From Candidatus Sulfotelmatobacter sp. (GTDB lineage: Bacteria; Acidobacteriota; Terriglobia; Terriglobales; Acidobacteriaceae), in assembly GCA_035946775.1 (NCBI GenBank), contig DASYZA010000328.1, positions 3,203-67,202 on the forward strand: a stretch of 64,000 nt of DNA, given 5' to 3'. Shown piece by piece: positions 9,912 to 19,914 of the stretch (its first letter is position 1; every line of letters starts with the position of its first letter). The notes under the pieces were generated by a model. It made no database searches and had not been told where the DNA came from. It saw only the letters and a list, made by a program, of their open reading frames with translations. Both the position numbers and the translations under genes were made by a program.

Positions 9912-11594
9912 ATGTCAAAAACGCTAGTTATCCTTCTGATCCTCTTCCTTCTGTCGTGTGCTTCGTTATCGGCGCAAACTCCCACCCAGTTCGACATCGT
10001 CATCACTAACGGCCACATCATCGATGGCACCGGTTCTCCCTGGTATTCGGGCGACGTCGGCATTCGCGACGGCAAGATCGCCGCCATCGGCAACCTTTCA
10101 GTAGCTGCCCGGAAACGCACAATTGACGCCCAAGGCCGCGTGGTGGCTCCCGGCTTCATCGACATGCTCGGCCAATCTGAATTGAACATCCTCGTCGATC
10201 CACGCCTGCCGTCGAAGATCTACCAGGGCATCACTTCAGAAATCACGGGCGAGGGCGGCTCCATTGCTCCGCTCAATGACGCGATCATTCAATCAGGCCG
10301 CGACACCTACGAACATTTCCATATCACGCCCGATTGGAGAACTCTTCGCCAGTATTTTGCTCGACTTGAGAAGCAGGGAATGGGGATTAACCTCGCCAGC
10401 TATGTCGGCGCGACACAGGTTCGCCGCATGGTTTTGGGTGACGACGACGTTCAACCCACACCTGAACAACTCGAGCAAATGAAAGCTCTGGTCCGCGACG
10501 GAATGAAAGACGGAGCAGTCGGCGTGTCAACGTCGCTCGAATATGCCCCGGCGCCCTACGCGAAGACTGACGAACTGATCGCCCTTGCCACCGAAGCCTC
10601 AAAGCTCGGAGGCATTTACGCGACTCACATGCGCAGCGAGGGCGATGCCATCATGGAATCCATCGACGAGACCCTCCGCATCGGCAGCGAGGCTCATATT
10701 CCCATCGAAATCTGGCACATCAAGGTCTCCGGAAAGACGAATTGGGGACACATGCCCGAAGTCGTCGCAAAGATCAATGCAGCCCGTGCCGCCGGCTCCG
10801 ACGTCAGCGCCGACACCTACGCCTACACCGCATGGTTCAACGACTTCTCAGCCTTCATTCCGCCCTGGGCACATGATGGAGGCACTGCGAAGCTGATTGA
10901 ACGCCTGAAAGATCCCGCCACCCGCGCCCGCATCCGCAAAGACATGCTCACCCCCTCCAAAGCCTGGGACAACGAATGGCAGGAGATTCCTGGCCCCGAT
11001 GCCATCATCATCGGCGCAGTCGAGAATCCCAAACTTCTGCCGCTGCAAGGCAAGCGCCTTTCCGAGATTGCCAAGCTCTGGAACAAGGATCCAATCGATG
11101 CCCTCTGTGATTTCCTGATTCAAGATCCGTCCACCGGCGTTGCGGTTTTCGGAATGTCCCAGCCCGACGTTACTCTCGCTCTGCAGCAGCCGTGGGTGTC
11201 GATCGACAACGATTCCGAAGGAACTTCTCCCGAAGGCATTCTCGGCCAGGCGCACCCGCACCCGCGCGCCTACGGCACCTTCCCACGAATTCTCCGCAAA
11301 TATGTTCGTGAGGATCATGATCTCAGCCTGGAAGATGCGATCCGGAAATTCTCTGCGCTCCCGGCGCAACGTATGCGCCTCACGGACCGGGGTGTCCTGA
11401 AATCCGGCATGTGGGCCGATGTTGTGATCTTTGACCCGGCAACCGTGCGCGATCGTGCGACGTTCGACAATCCGAATCAATTGTCGGAGGGAATGGAGTA
11501 CGTGCTGGTCAACGGAGTCCCAGTAATCGAACAAGGCAAAATGACGGGAGCGCTGCCGGGAAAGGTCCTGCGCGGTCCAGCGTACGTGCCCTGA
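9912..11594 (+). CDS. N-acyl-D-amino-acid deacylase (D-aminoacylase), amidohydrolase family
   Basis: Signal peptide, then FDIVITNGHIIDGTGSPWYSGDVGIRDGKIAAIG, APGFIDMLG, THMRSEG and IPIEIWHIK. This is the pattern of D-aminoacylases (Amidohydro_3). Confidence 0.8.
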   Translation: MSKTLVILLILFLLSCASLSAQTPTQFDIVITNGHIIDGTGSPWYSGDVGIRDGKIAAIGNLSVAARKRTIDAQGRVVAPGFIDMLGQSELNILVDPRLPSKIYQGITSEITGEGGSIAPLNDAIIQSGRDTYEHFHITPDWRTLRQYFARLEKQGMGINLASYVGATQVRRMVLGDDDVQPTPEQLEQMKALVRDGMKDGAVGVSTSLEYAPAPYAKTDELIALATEASKLGGIYATHMRSEGDAIMESIDETLRIGSEAHIPIEIWHIKVSGKTNWGHMPEVVAKINAARAAGSDVSADTYAYTAWFNDFSAFIPPWAHDGGTAKLIERLKDPATRARIRKDMLTPSKAWDNEWQEIPGPDAIIIGAVENPKLLPLQGKRLSEIAKLWNKDPIDALCDFLIQDPSTGVAVFGMSQPDVTLALQQPWVSIDNDSEGTSPEGILGQAHPHPRAYGTFPRILRKYVREDHDLSLEDAIRKFSALPAQRMRLTDRGVLKSGMWADVVIFDPATVRDRATFDNPNQLSEGMEYVLVNGVPVIEQGKMTGALPGKVLRGPAYVP

Positions 11595-11597
11595 GAT

Positions 11598-14168
11598 TTA
11601 CTTCGCAGGGGTCTTTAGGCGTGCTTGCTCTGTGTTCGAAAGCGGCGTGACCTGCGGCCGCGCCAAGGTGCCGGTAATATCGTACCCTGAATGCGTGCCA
11701 TCGATGGGTATTCGCGTCATCTTCAGGTTAACCGCCCGGTTCAGCGATACCGATCCGCTGATCTGATATGTTCCAGACGGCGAGTTCAGCTTCGCGGAAC
11801 TGAACTCAATTTTGCCCGATGCCAATTGTCCCGTTCCGCTCAGCCGCGTCACTCTCAGGGCTGCCGGATCGTCTCCGATCAGCACATGGGGCAGCACGCC
11901 ATCTCGCATTTCGACCTGCAGCGTCCCAGACCCCGACTGCCAGAAGTCGCCCGAACAAGGACCTTTCAATTCATAGCTGCCGCTCGCGGTTCCTGCGATC
12001 CAACCATCCTTCATCTGATCGGCAATCTTCGCGAGCAAAACGCCGCTGAGGTTTCCGCTGCCGCTGCACAATGCCGGACTCGCACCGAAATCTGCCTCCC
12101 AATTCCCGCGATACTTACCTCCGAACACATCAGCCTTTAGACTGGAGATTGTCAGCACACCAGCTTCGAGGTCCAGGTTTGCGGAAGCGTTGGTAGCTGT
12201 GACCTCATGCACGACAAACCGACTAGTGTGTATCTGCCCCGTTCCATGTAAGCGCGCTAGTAACGACGTGCCTGGGCTCCGCCCTGTCTCCAACACCCGG
12301 TACCACGGCCGCGATTTCGATCGTCCGCTCACCCAATCTCGCATGCGATTCAGTGCGAGTTGGTCTGCATTGAGCGCGAAATGTACCGTACAGCTTTCAG
12401 GATGTCCGCAGCCTCGTGGCATGTCCAGACTTCCGCTCCAGGTTGTACTCGCCGCCTTCGCGTTCAGCTTCCGTACGTGAACGCCGTCTGGTGCCAGTTG
12501 CATCTCGGCGGAAATCTCGATCGGATCGCCCATTCCCCACGGTGTGACGCGGATATTGTGCAGCTTTGCCGTGCCTGTAATCTGCGGAGCGGCGAATGCC
12601 AATCCCTGGCTGCTTTCCGCTCCCGTCCAGTTTCCAGCAATCTGCAGGTTCAGCTGCGCAGGTCCTTCGGCGGTAGCAGCAATCGCCGGGAACCCCATCA
12701 TCCGTGCAAGTCGTAATGTCCTTGCTACCTCCGCATCGCCGGTCATCACAACGTTGTAACTGCTTCGATTCAGCCAGCCGCGCGCGCTTGCGCCAGTTGC
12801 ATGGGCGCTACCCAGGGCAATCGGCCCGAATTCAAAATGAGCCCCCTTGGGAAAGATCGCCCCTGTCCGGATCTTCGTCAATACTTTCGCGCGCTTCCGT
12901 CCTTCTGGGGAATCGTCGAGGATCACGAACGGAACATTGACCGGACCCAATTCCGCTTTTGTCTGCTCTGATGTAAGCCGAAAATTCGCGATCTCTCCTT
13001 GCCCGTCCCATCGCGCGACAGATTCCGATCCGCTCTGCTGCAGCGACAGCACTCCATGCAGCGTACCCTCCGCCGTCAAATCATCGGGCAAGCCCTTCTT
13101 CAGCCGTTCTGCCAGAAGCACCATGCCAATCGCTGGCACATCCTCGGCCTTCAGCGAGAGAACATAATTGTTTGTCGCGGGAAGCCCGACATCACCCGTC
13201 AACGTCAGCACGCCGTCGCCCACCGGCGCGCTGCACAGTACTTGATGAAACTCGTGAGTCTCCGCACTGTATTCCCCGTCGCAGCGTGCAGCCAGTCGCA
13301 ACGACTTTCCCGAAGTGATGTCGTAGCGCCGGAAATCATCCACCGCAGCCGTGCTGCTGATCTTTAACTTCGAGAGGCTCCCACTCAAGCTTGCGGTAAT
13401 ATCGATTGCGCCCCGCCAGCCCTTATCGATACCGGTCAAGAACTTCGTAACTTGCCCCACCTGCGCTCGCGACCACTCGAGTTTTACCTCCAGTGGAGTT
13501 TCGCGGACCATCTGCGCGCGTTTCCAGGTGCCCTCCACCTGCAATTGGCCCACATCGGTCAAATTTAAGTCGCTGCGGAAGGGTTGAGCCTTCATCCGTC
13601 CGCCCCAAGAGTCCTCCGAATCCTGCCATAGGGCGAAATCGGCATTGATGAATGCGTAGGGCTTTTTCTCCGGTCCGTTTTTAAAGTTGATCCTTCCGGA
13701 GGATCCCGCAATGTAAGGAAAATGAGGCCGCGGATGCGCGGTGGCGTTTCCGGTCGGCGCCAACGAACTATGCGTTGCCCGCTGAATGAGCGCCCCTAAA
13801 TTCCAGTATCCGCCTTCGCGGTGAACCAAATTCAGACTCGGCTCCGTCAGATCGAGCCGCGCAATCTCAATGCGTCCGCGCAACAAAGCAGTCAGGCGCA
13901 AGTCTGCTGTGACTTCGCTCGCGCGAATCATCGGTTCGGCACCGAATACCGGGTCGTCGTACACGACCAGGTTTTCCACTTCGAAACCCGGCCGCGGCAA
14001 AAGTCGAATGTGAACGGAACTCAGGTCGACAGGCCTGCCCACACTGGCGCTGATGGAGGTGATAACACGCGACTTCAACCGCGTTGCGCCCGGATGCAGC
14101 AGAAACAACGCCAGCACAATCAATGTTCCCGCGAGCACTGCCCTTGGTTTGGAAGAGAAGATCTTCAC
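11598..14168 (-). CDS. AsmA-family protein
   Basis: N-terminal TM anchor (AVLAGTLIVLALFLL) followed by AsmA-like VGRPVDLSSVHIRLLPRPGFEVENLVVYDDP...ADLRLTALLRGRIEI, then a long beta-rich body. The ORF track starts at TTG 14240. I prefer GTG 14168, which has a GAGGG upstream and avoids overlap with lepB. The start is uncertain. Confidence 0.75.
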   Translation of the reverse strand: MKIFSSKPRAVLAGTLIVLALFLLHPGATRLKSRVITSISASVGRPVDLSSVHIRLLPRPGFEVENLVVYDDPVFGAEPMIRASEVTADLRLTALLRGRIEIARLDLTEPSLNLVHREGGYWNLGALIQRATHSSLAPTGNATAHPRPHFPYIAGSSGRINFKNGPEKKPYAFINADFALWQDSEDSWGGRMKAQPFRSDLNLTDVGQLQVEGTWKRAQMVRETPLEVKLEWSRAQVGQVTKFLTGIDKGWRGAIDITASLSGSLSKLKISSTAAVDDFRRYDITSGKSLRLAARCDGEYSAETHEFHQVLCSAPVGDGVLTLTGDVGLPATNNYVLSLKAEDVPAIGMVLLAERLKKGLPDDLTAEGTLHGVLSLQQSGSESVARWDGQGEIANFRLTSEQTKAELGPVNVPFVILDDSPEGRKRAKVLTKIRTGAIFPKGAHFEFGPIALGSAHATGASARGWLNRSSYNVVMTGDAEVARTLRLARMMGFPAIAATAEGPAQLNLQIAGNWTGAESSQGLAFAAPQITGTAKLHNIRVTPWGMGDPIEISAEMQLAPDGVHVRKLNAKAASTTWSGSLDMPRGCGHPESCTVHFALNADQLALNRMRDWVSGRSKSRPWYRVLETGRSPGTSLLARLHGTGQIHTSRFVVHEVTATNASANLDLEAGVLTISSLKADVFGGKYRGNWEADFGASPALCSGSGNLSGVLLAKIADQMKDGWIAGTASGSYELKGPCSGDFWQSGSGTLQVEMRDGVLPHVLIGDDPAALRVTRLSGTGQLASGKIEFSSAKLNSPSGTYQISGSVSLNRAVNLKMTRIPIDGTHSGYDITGTLARPQVTPLSNTEQARLKTPAK

Positions 14169-14196
14169 CGCGCCCTCACTTGAGGTTCGGGGGGCT

Positions 14197-15042
14197 TCAT
14201 CGCACCATCTTGAGCGTTCTGCTCCAGCGTGTCTGGTCAAAGAAGTGCAAAACGATCTTTCCGAAGAACAACATCCGGTCGCCCCAGCTTGTTTTCCGGT
14301 ACTGATCGTCCGGCGTTTCGAACGACCAATAAATGAACATAGGCCGCCCGATGATGTTCTCCTTCGGGATGAAACCCCAATAGCGGCTGTCCAGACTTAC
14401 TCCGCGATGATCCCCCATGGCAAAGTAATGTCCCGGAGGAACGACAATGTCATCGCCCTGAATATAGGACGGCAGGTCGATGGCCCAGTTTGCCCAGACA
14501 TTCGGATCATCCGTCGGAGGCACTGCGGGAAAATTATTGCGATATGGATCGACGGTGTCCCGGTCGTGCAGCACATACGGTTCATCCAGCGCCTGTCCGT
14601 TTCGGTAAACCACCCCGTTCCGCAGGTGAATCCGATCTCCGGGCACACCGATAACCCGCTTCACTACGTAAAGACCGGGCTCAGCCGGAGAGAGAAACAC
14701 AACAATGTCGCGGAAATGTACATCGCGATACGGAAGCAGTGGACCAATCCAGTTCGTCTTGGGCGCGAACTGGATTCGGTTCACAAAGACGTGATCCCCG
14801 ATCAACAGCGTGTTTTCCATCGAACTCGAGGGGATCTCAAACGCCTGCACGATAAACGTGATGATAAAAAGTCCGGTAACCAGCACAGCGGCGAGCGAAG
14901 CCAGAAACTCGACTGTAGTCTCTTTCGGCTTCTCTTCAACCTCGTTCTTTTCCAAAACCGCTTCTTTCTTCGCCACTTTCCTGCCTTCTCTAAAAGGTAA
15001 ACCGGCATGACCACGAGGTGCACTCGTGCCGTTTAAAGCCAT
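14197..15042 (-). CDS. lepB: signal peptidase I
   Basis: Catalytic Ser box IPSSSMENTLLIGDHVFVN, Lys box VKRVIGVPGD, and box E GDHRGVSLDSRYWGF. ATG at 15040-15042; a GTG one codon upstream is also possible. Confidence 0.9.
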   Translation of the reverse strand: MALNGTSAPRGHAGLPFREGRKVAKKEAVLEKNEVEEKPKETTVEFLASLAAVLVTGLFIITFIVQAFEIPSSSMENTLLIGDHVFVNRIQFAPKTNWIGPLLPYRDVHFRDIVVFLSPAEPGLYVVKRVIGVPGDRIHLRNGVVYRNGQALDEPYVLHDRDTVDPYRNNFPAVPPTDDPNVWANWAIDLPSYIQGDDIVVPPGHYFAMGDHRGVSLDSRYWGFIPKENIIGRPMFIYWSFETPDDQYRKTSWGDRMLFFGKIVLHFFDQTRWSRTLKMVR

Positions 15043-15078
15043 CACATCTCGGGCTTAAGGCCCTGAGGAACAGCTCAA

Positions 15079-16020
15079 TCAGTGTACCAGCCGCAACGTC
15101 CGGTTCCAGCGCGTGATCTGAAACATATGCGTGACCGCATACGCCAGATGCTGCAACCGTCCCGAGAACGTTGGCTCCGTACTATGGTCCCAATCCTTGA
15201 CCGACCAATAAATCACCAGCGGCCGACCGATGATATTTTCCTGGGGCACAAATCCCCAATACCGGCTGTCCTGGCTGTCATCGCGGTTGTCCCCCATAAC
15301 AAAGTAGTTGCCCTCGGGAATGATTAATTGCCCATCCTCCACAAGCTTTTTCATTTCCAGCCACCATTTACCTTCCAAGCCATAGGCCGGAATGTCGGTT
15401 CTCGGAAAATCATCGCGAAACAAATTGTTCGGCGGCTCGATGAAGCGTACATAGGGCTCATCCAGTGGCTTTCCATTGATGAACACCTTTTTGTTAACTA
15501 GCTTCAACCGGTCCCCCGGCAATCCAATCACTCGCTTCACGAAGTGCTGCCGCGGGTCCACCGGGTAATGGAACACGATAATGTCTCGCCGTGCGATCTT
15601 CTGATAGGGCATCAGATGGTCGCCCAGTCCTGCCCCGCCATAACAGAGCTTGTTGACCAACAGGTAATCGCCCACCAGCAGCGTATTCTCCATCGACTCC
15701 GACGGAATCTGAAACGCCTGTACCACGAACGTGATCACGAAAATCGCAATGACCACGGTTCCCGCCAGGGACTGAATGGAACTGATCAGGTCCTCACCGA
15801 AGCCACTGACGATGCGGCGCCTTTGCGGAAGAGCAGGTTGAGTTAGTTCCGCACTAGATGGACCGGGACCTGGTGCTCCAGACTGCAGATTTGCACCCTG
15901 CACGGGCGCTTCCACAGGTGCATCGGGCGCCTGGGTCTGAACGGACGACTCCGCTGGGCTCGCGATGATCCCAGGCTCGAGTGGAGAAACGGTGGGCTGG
16001 TTTGGTGAATCCATGAACAC
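15079..16020 (-). CDS. lepB: signal peptidase I (second tandem paralog, long Pro/Ala-rich N-terminal extension)
   Basis: IPSESMENTLLVGDYLLVN, VKRVIGLPGD and GDNRDDSQDSRYWGF. The start is either GTG 16020, which overlaps the rnc stop by 1 nt, or ATG 16014. Confidence 0.88.
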   Translation of the reverse strand: MFMDSPNQPTVSPLEPGIIASPAESSVQTQAPDAPVEAPVQGANLQSGAPGPGPSSAELTQPALPQRRRIVSGFGEDLISSIQSLAGTVVIAIFVITFVVQAFQIPSESMENTLLVGDYLLVNKLCYGGAGLGDHLMPYQKIARRDIIVFHYPVDPRQHFVKRVIGLPGDRLKLVNKKVFINGKPLDEPYVRFIEPPNNLFRDDFPRTDIPAYGLEGKWWLEMKKLVEDGQLIIPEGNYFVMGDNRDDSQDSRYWGFVPQENIIGRPLVIYWSVKDWDHSTEPTFSGRLQHLAYAVTHMFQITRWNRTLRLVH

Positions 16021-16823
16021 TACTTATTATCCGCTGCTTGCAGCGAGCGCGCTGCTTTCCCCTCGACTGTCTTCGATCGCGAGGCCAGATACGTCAGCAA
16101 CTGCCGCGCGGCGTCCTGTTCGGCTGTCTTCTTGGTCGAACCCTGCGCTCGACCCACAAATTCCGGATTTTTATGCTCGCGCGTCTGCAATCGGGCCTCT
16201 ACCGTAAACGTCTTGCTGTGCTCCGGCCCCGCTTCGTCCACCAGCACGTAAGCCGGCTGTGGCAATCCCAGGCTTTGCACTGCTTCCTGCAATGCCGATT
16301 TGAAGTCGGTGATCGGAAGCGTACCGCCGCCGCGCTCCATACGCTCCATTTCTGGCGCAATCACGTTATGTAATACAAACTCGCGCGCCGCCTCCAACCC
16401 GCCATCCAAATAGATCGCCGCCAGAATCGCTTCCAGCGCATCCACCAGCAGCGCGGTCTTTCCCCGTCCGCCGCTCTTTTCCTCACCTCGACCCAGCCGC
16501 AGATAGTGGCCCAGCTCAAGCTGCTGTGCCACCTGGATTAGATGCCGTTCGCTGACCAGGTGCGCCCTCAACTTCGAGAGCTCACCTTCCCGAAAATGCG
16601 GAAAGCGCTGAAATAATTCCTCGCTCGTGACCAGCGCCAGCACCGCGTCGCCTAGAAACTCCAGTTGTTCGTTATCGCTAACCTTGTATTTGCTCTCGCC
16701 AACCTGCTGCGCTTCCATCTCCCGCGCCTGCGAGCTGTGCGTGACCGCCTGCTCAATCACGGCCCTGCGCCGGAAGTGGTATCCCAAAGCTTCTTCCAAC
16801 GCCGTGATTTCCCGTTCCTTCAT
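16020..16823 (-). CDS. rnc: ribonuclease III
   Basis: RNase III signature NEQLEFLGDAVL and a C-terminal dsRBD (DFKSALQE...GSTKKTAEQDAARQ). This is the classical lepB-rnc neighbourhood. Confidence 0.92.
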   Translation of the reverse strand: MKEREITALEEALGYHFRRRAVIEQAVTHSSQAREMEAQQVGESKYKVSDNEQLEFLGDAVLALVTSEELFQRFPHFREGELSKLRAHLVSERHLIQVAQQLELGHYLRLGRGEEKSGGRGKTALLVDALEAILAAIYLDGGLEAAREFVLHNVIAPEMERMERGGGTLPITDFKSALQEAVQSLGLPQPAYVLVDEAGPEHSKTFTVEARLQTREHKNPEFVGRAQGSTKKTAEQDAARQLLTYLASRSKTVEGKAARSLQAADNK

Positions 16824-16904
16824 ACCTGGAATAGAAACAAAGAGCTCCGGAGGGATCTGACCTGGCTTCGCTCTCCTGTAACCAATGGGACCGAGAGCGA
16901 AAGA

Positions 16905-17768
16905 CTACTTTGGAGTTCCGCTGGGAGCGGCCGATGTCCCTCCCGTCAATTTTGTAAGCCGGTCCTGTTCCGCACGAGCCGCTTTGCCCGCTGCCGAATC
17001 CGGACGGTCCTTCGTGAGGTCCACTGCCTGATTCGCGTACTTCAAAGCTTCCGTTGTCTTGTTTTGCTTATCGAGCGCTATCGCCAGCCGCAATACCGCA
17101 ATCGAATCCACCTGCTCCGGAAATACATCAATCGACTTGCGCAGATCGGCTTCCGCCTCAGCATAGTTCTCCGAATTCGATGCTAACGTCCCCAAAATGG
17201 CATACGCTTCAGACTTGATATACCGCTTATACATGTCGATCTTTTCCGGCGGATATCCTGCCGTCGGCACATCCGTATCCACGGTCGCCAGCGCTCGCTC
17301 TGCGTCTTTCTTTGACTCCGCCAGCTTCTGGTCTTTATCAAGATCCGTGTCGCGTGTCCGCTCGGCCAATACCTGCGACGCTCCTACCAGGGCTTCCGGA
17401 TCATCGGGATCGCAACTCAACGCCTTCTGCGCCATCGCGAGCATCTTGTCGGCATTATTCGTCTGCTGGTACTTCTGCATCACCGCCTTATACAGAATCA
17501 CGCGCAACTCGCTGTCGGGGAACTTTGCTGCGAAGTCGTCCGCCGCCTTTTCTTGCGCCGCAGCGTCCGTCAATGCCAGCGCGGCATTGAATGCCTGATA
17601 CTCCGGCTGCGTCTTTGCCTGAGGGGGGCGCTTGCCCTGCGGTGCGGCCTCACCCTGTCCTGCTGAATTCTGCTGCGCCGTGCTACTCCCCTGCGTTGCC
17701 GGCTTTGCCTGTCCGAACGATGCAATGCAAAATGCCAACACCGCCATGACGATCGCTGTACGCTTCAT
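16905..17768 (-). CDS. secreted TPR-repeat protein
   Basis: I chose the ATG at 17766-17768 (MKRTAIVMAVLAFCIASFGQ signal peptide). The body consists of TPR-like helical repeats. Confidence 0.7.
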   Translation of the reverse strand: MKRTAIVMAVLAFCIASFGQAKPATQGSSTAQQNSAGQGEAAPQGKRPPQAKTQPEYQAFNAALALTDAAAQEKAADDFAAKFPDSELRVILYKAVMQKYQQTNNADKMLAMAQKALSCDPDDPEALVGASQVLAERTRDTDLDKDQKLAESKKDAERALATVDTDVPTAGYPPEKIDMYKRYIKSEAYAILGTLASNSENYAEAEADLRKSIDVFPEQVDSIAVLRLAIALDKQNKTTEALKYANQAVDLTKDRPDSAAGKAARAEQDRLTKLTGGTSAAPSGTPK

Positions 17769-17901
17769 GCGCTCTCCTCGACCAAAGAACGTGCAAATGC
17801 AAGCTGAATCTGTAACCGAGCATTCTATCGCAGAGAATGAATGTGGTTGCTCCATGCTTCGTGATTTTCGAAGGGTGGAACTACCGAATGCAGAGACCCC
17901 T

Positions 17902-19449
17902 TCACTGCGGTTTCGCCGGCGGCTCGTACGCCTGCTGCAACCCGCGTTCCGCTGCGGCCTTCACTTCCGGCAGATCCGCTCCCGACGTGAGTGCCGCGCG
18001 GTATTCATTCATGGCGCCTTCGCGGTCTTCTTTCATGTCCAGAATCCGCCCCAGATACACATGCGACCATCCCACGACCTTCGGATCTTTGGTCACCTGA
18101 ATCGCTTTTTGGAAATTTTCCACGGCTCCGTCGCGGTTCTTGTTTGCCACGGCGACCTGCGCCATTATGAACAGAGCTCGTCCTTGGTCACCGATCTTGC
18201 GATCGAGTGCCTGCTGCGCCAGTTCCTGTGCTCCCTTTGGATCACCCGCTGCCAGCCGCTTCTCAGCCGTCGTCAATATGCGACGGTCTTCCAGCCGGGA
18301 AAGCTGCACCAACTCAGGCGACGTGTTCTCAGCGAACTGCACTTCGTTCGCCGCCTTCTTCTGCTGATTTAGGTCGATGCCGTCCAATATCTCTGAATAC
18401 GCCGCCCGCAATCCTGCCGGGTCCTTCTCGAACGCGACGAGGGCTGTGTAGAAGTACTTCGTCAGGATGTATCCCTGCTTGACTGCATCATCCACTGCCT
18501 GTTGTCGCATCGCCTCGGCGATCTGCTTGGTACCCATGGTTCGGATCTCAATGGCCCTAACCAGACATTCTGTGACGAGCAGCGAGATGTCGGTCTTAAA
18601 GCTTTCTTCCAGAGGCGCGCGCTTCACCGACTGCAGGAGTGGTTCCAGGCGTTTCACATGTCCAAAGTGCTTCGCCGCCATCGGATCCAACAGGTAATGG
18701 AGGTAGGTATGCCGTATCTGCTCCATCTTCAGTGCCTGTTGCGAGTTCGCGTCCGGAGCAGGGAAGACGACCACGTAGTAATCCGCACCGTAGTTCCGGG
18801 CGTTTACCTCGTTCGGATCGCCCATAAAATCCAGATAAATTGTGAATGTCCGCCCCAGGTAGCCGCCTGACTGCAGCTTCAAATAGATATCCGTATCGAA
18901 CACCATCTTCGCCATGGGATCGTGATATCGCGCGACCAACGACGCATAGTTCGCTCGATGCGATTCCCATATGCCATGCAGATTGGCCTTTTCGTAAAAC
19001 TTTTCCAGCAGCGTGCCAAAGTTCGAGATGGCTGCGGCGTCCGGAGGCATATCGTCCTCCTTCACTCGCGGCATAAATTGCGGCGGTCCCTCCAGGTACA
19101 GAGCCAGGGAGACGAATTGCGAGAGGTCATGCTGCGGATCGAACGCCTTATGCCCGACGTACCAGTCGCACATCCCGGTGAGCGCCGCTAGCCCTTCTTC
19201 CGAATCTCTAAGGTTTCTCGTTACCTCTGCCCGGATGTTCTGCCGTTGCGGATCCGACAGATTCAGGTCTGCGTCGTACCCGCACGCGTTCATCGCCGTC
19301 AGCACGGCAAACAGAGTTTCACTTGTATCCATCGTGATAGGGGTGTTGGTATCGCCCAAACAGAATGGCGCTGCAAGCCCCAAGAGAGCGATCGCTACAT
19401 AGACTCGAACTACAGAATGCACAAACCGACTCAGGAATCCCTCCCACAA
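17902..19449 (-). CDS. hypothetical exported protein with C-terminal TPR repeats
   Basis: Hydrophobic N-terminus (VYVAIALLGLAAPFCLG), a ~380-aa domain I cannot name, and C-terminal TPRs (ALFIMAQVAVANKNRDGAVENFQKAIQ...). The start is TTG 19449 or GTG 19422. Confidence 0.65.
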   Translation of the reverse strand: MWEGFLSRFVHSVVRVYVAIALLGLAAPFCLGDTNTPITMDTSETLFAVLTAMNACGYDADLNLSDPQRQNIRAEVTRNLRDSEEGLAALTGMCDWYVGHKAFDPQHDLSQFVSLALYLEGPPQFMPRVKEDDMPPDAAAISNFGTLLEKFYEKANLHGIWESHRANYASLVARYHDPMAKMVFDTDIYLKLQSGGYLGRTFTIYLDFMGDPNEVNARNYGADYYVVVFPAPDANSQQALKMEQIRHTYLHYLLDPMAAKHFGHVKRLEPLLQSVKRAPLEESFKTDISLLVTECLVRAIEIRTMGTKQIAEAMRQQAVDDAVKQGYILTKYFYTALVAFEKDPAGLRAAYSEILDGIDLNQQKKAANEVQFAENTSPELVQLSRLEDRRILTTAEKRLAAGDPKGAQELAQQALDRKIGDQGRALFIMAQVAVANKNRDGAVENFQKAIQVTKDPKVVGWSHVYLGRILDMKEDREGAMNEYRAALTSGADLPEVKAAAERGLQQAYEPPAKPQ

Positions 19450-19914
19450 AGTGGCCGATGGACCACCCAGAACGGAAAATAGGCGGAGAACCCCTTAAGT
19501 TTAAGGTCTCTGAGCGCGGAGGGTCAAACCAAGATGGGGAAAGGGCGGCCCGTCGCGAGCGATTGAGCCGCGAGTTTGTCTCGGCTCAGATTGGATTTTA
19601 TCTTCCCAATGGCTTGACTGGTGTCAGCCCATCCTGGCGGAGACGCGAATCCATTTTTGTTGCTATGCACTAGTATCACATGACTGGAACTGTTCGTCGT
19701 CTCCGACCTGCCATTTTCCAATGTTAGGCTTTTTGTAACATATACGTTATATCTCAATAGTTCCTAATCGGTTTCCTGTATTGGCCGCAATTGCGCAAGC
19801 GTTTTTACTATCTTCAACAGCAAGTTGATGTAGCAAGGTCAGGCCGCTTCGGAATCCAAATGAACGCTGTATTCTGAGGCGGCCTGAAACGCCAGCCAGT
19901 TTTCGCGAGCAACA

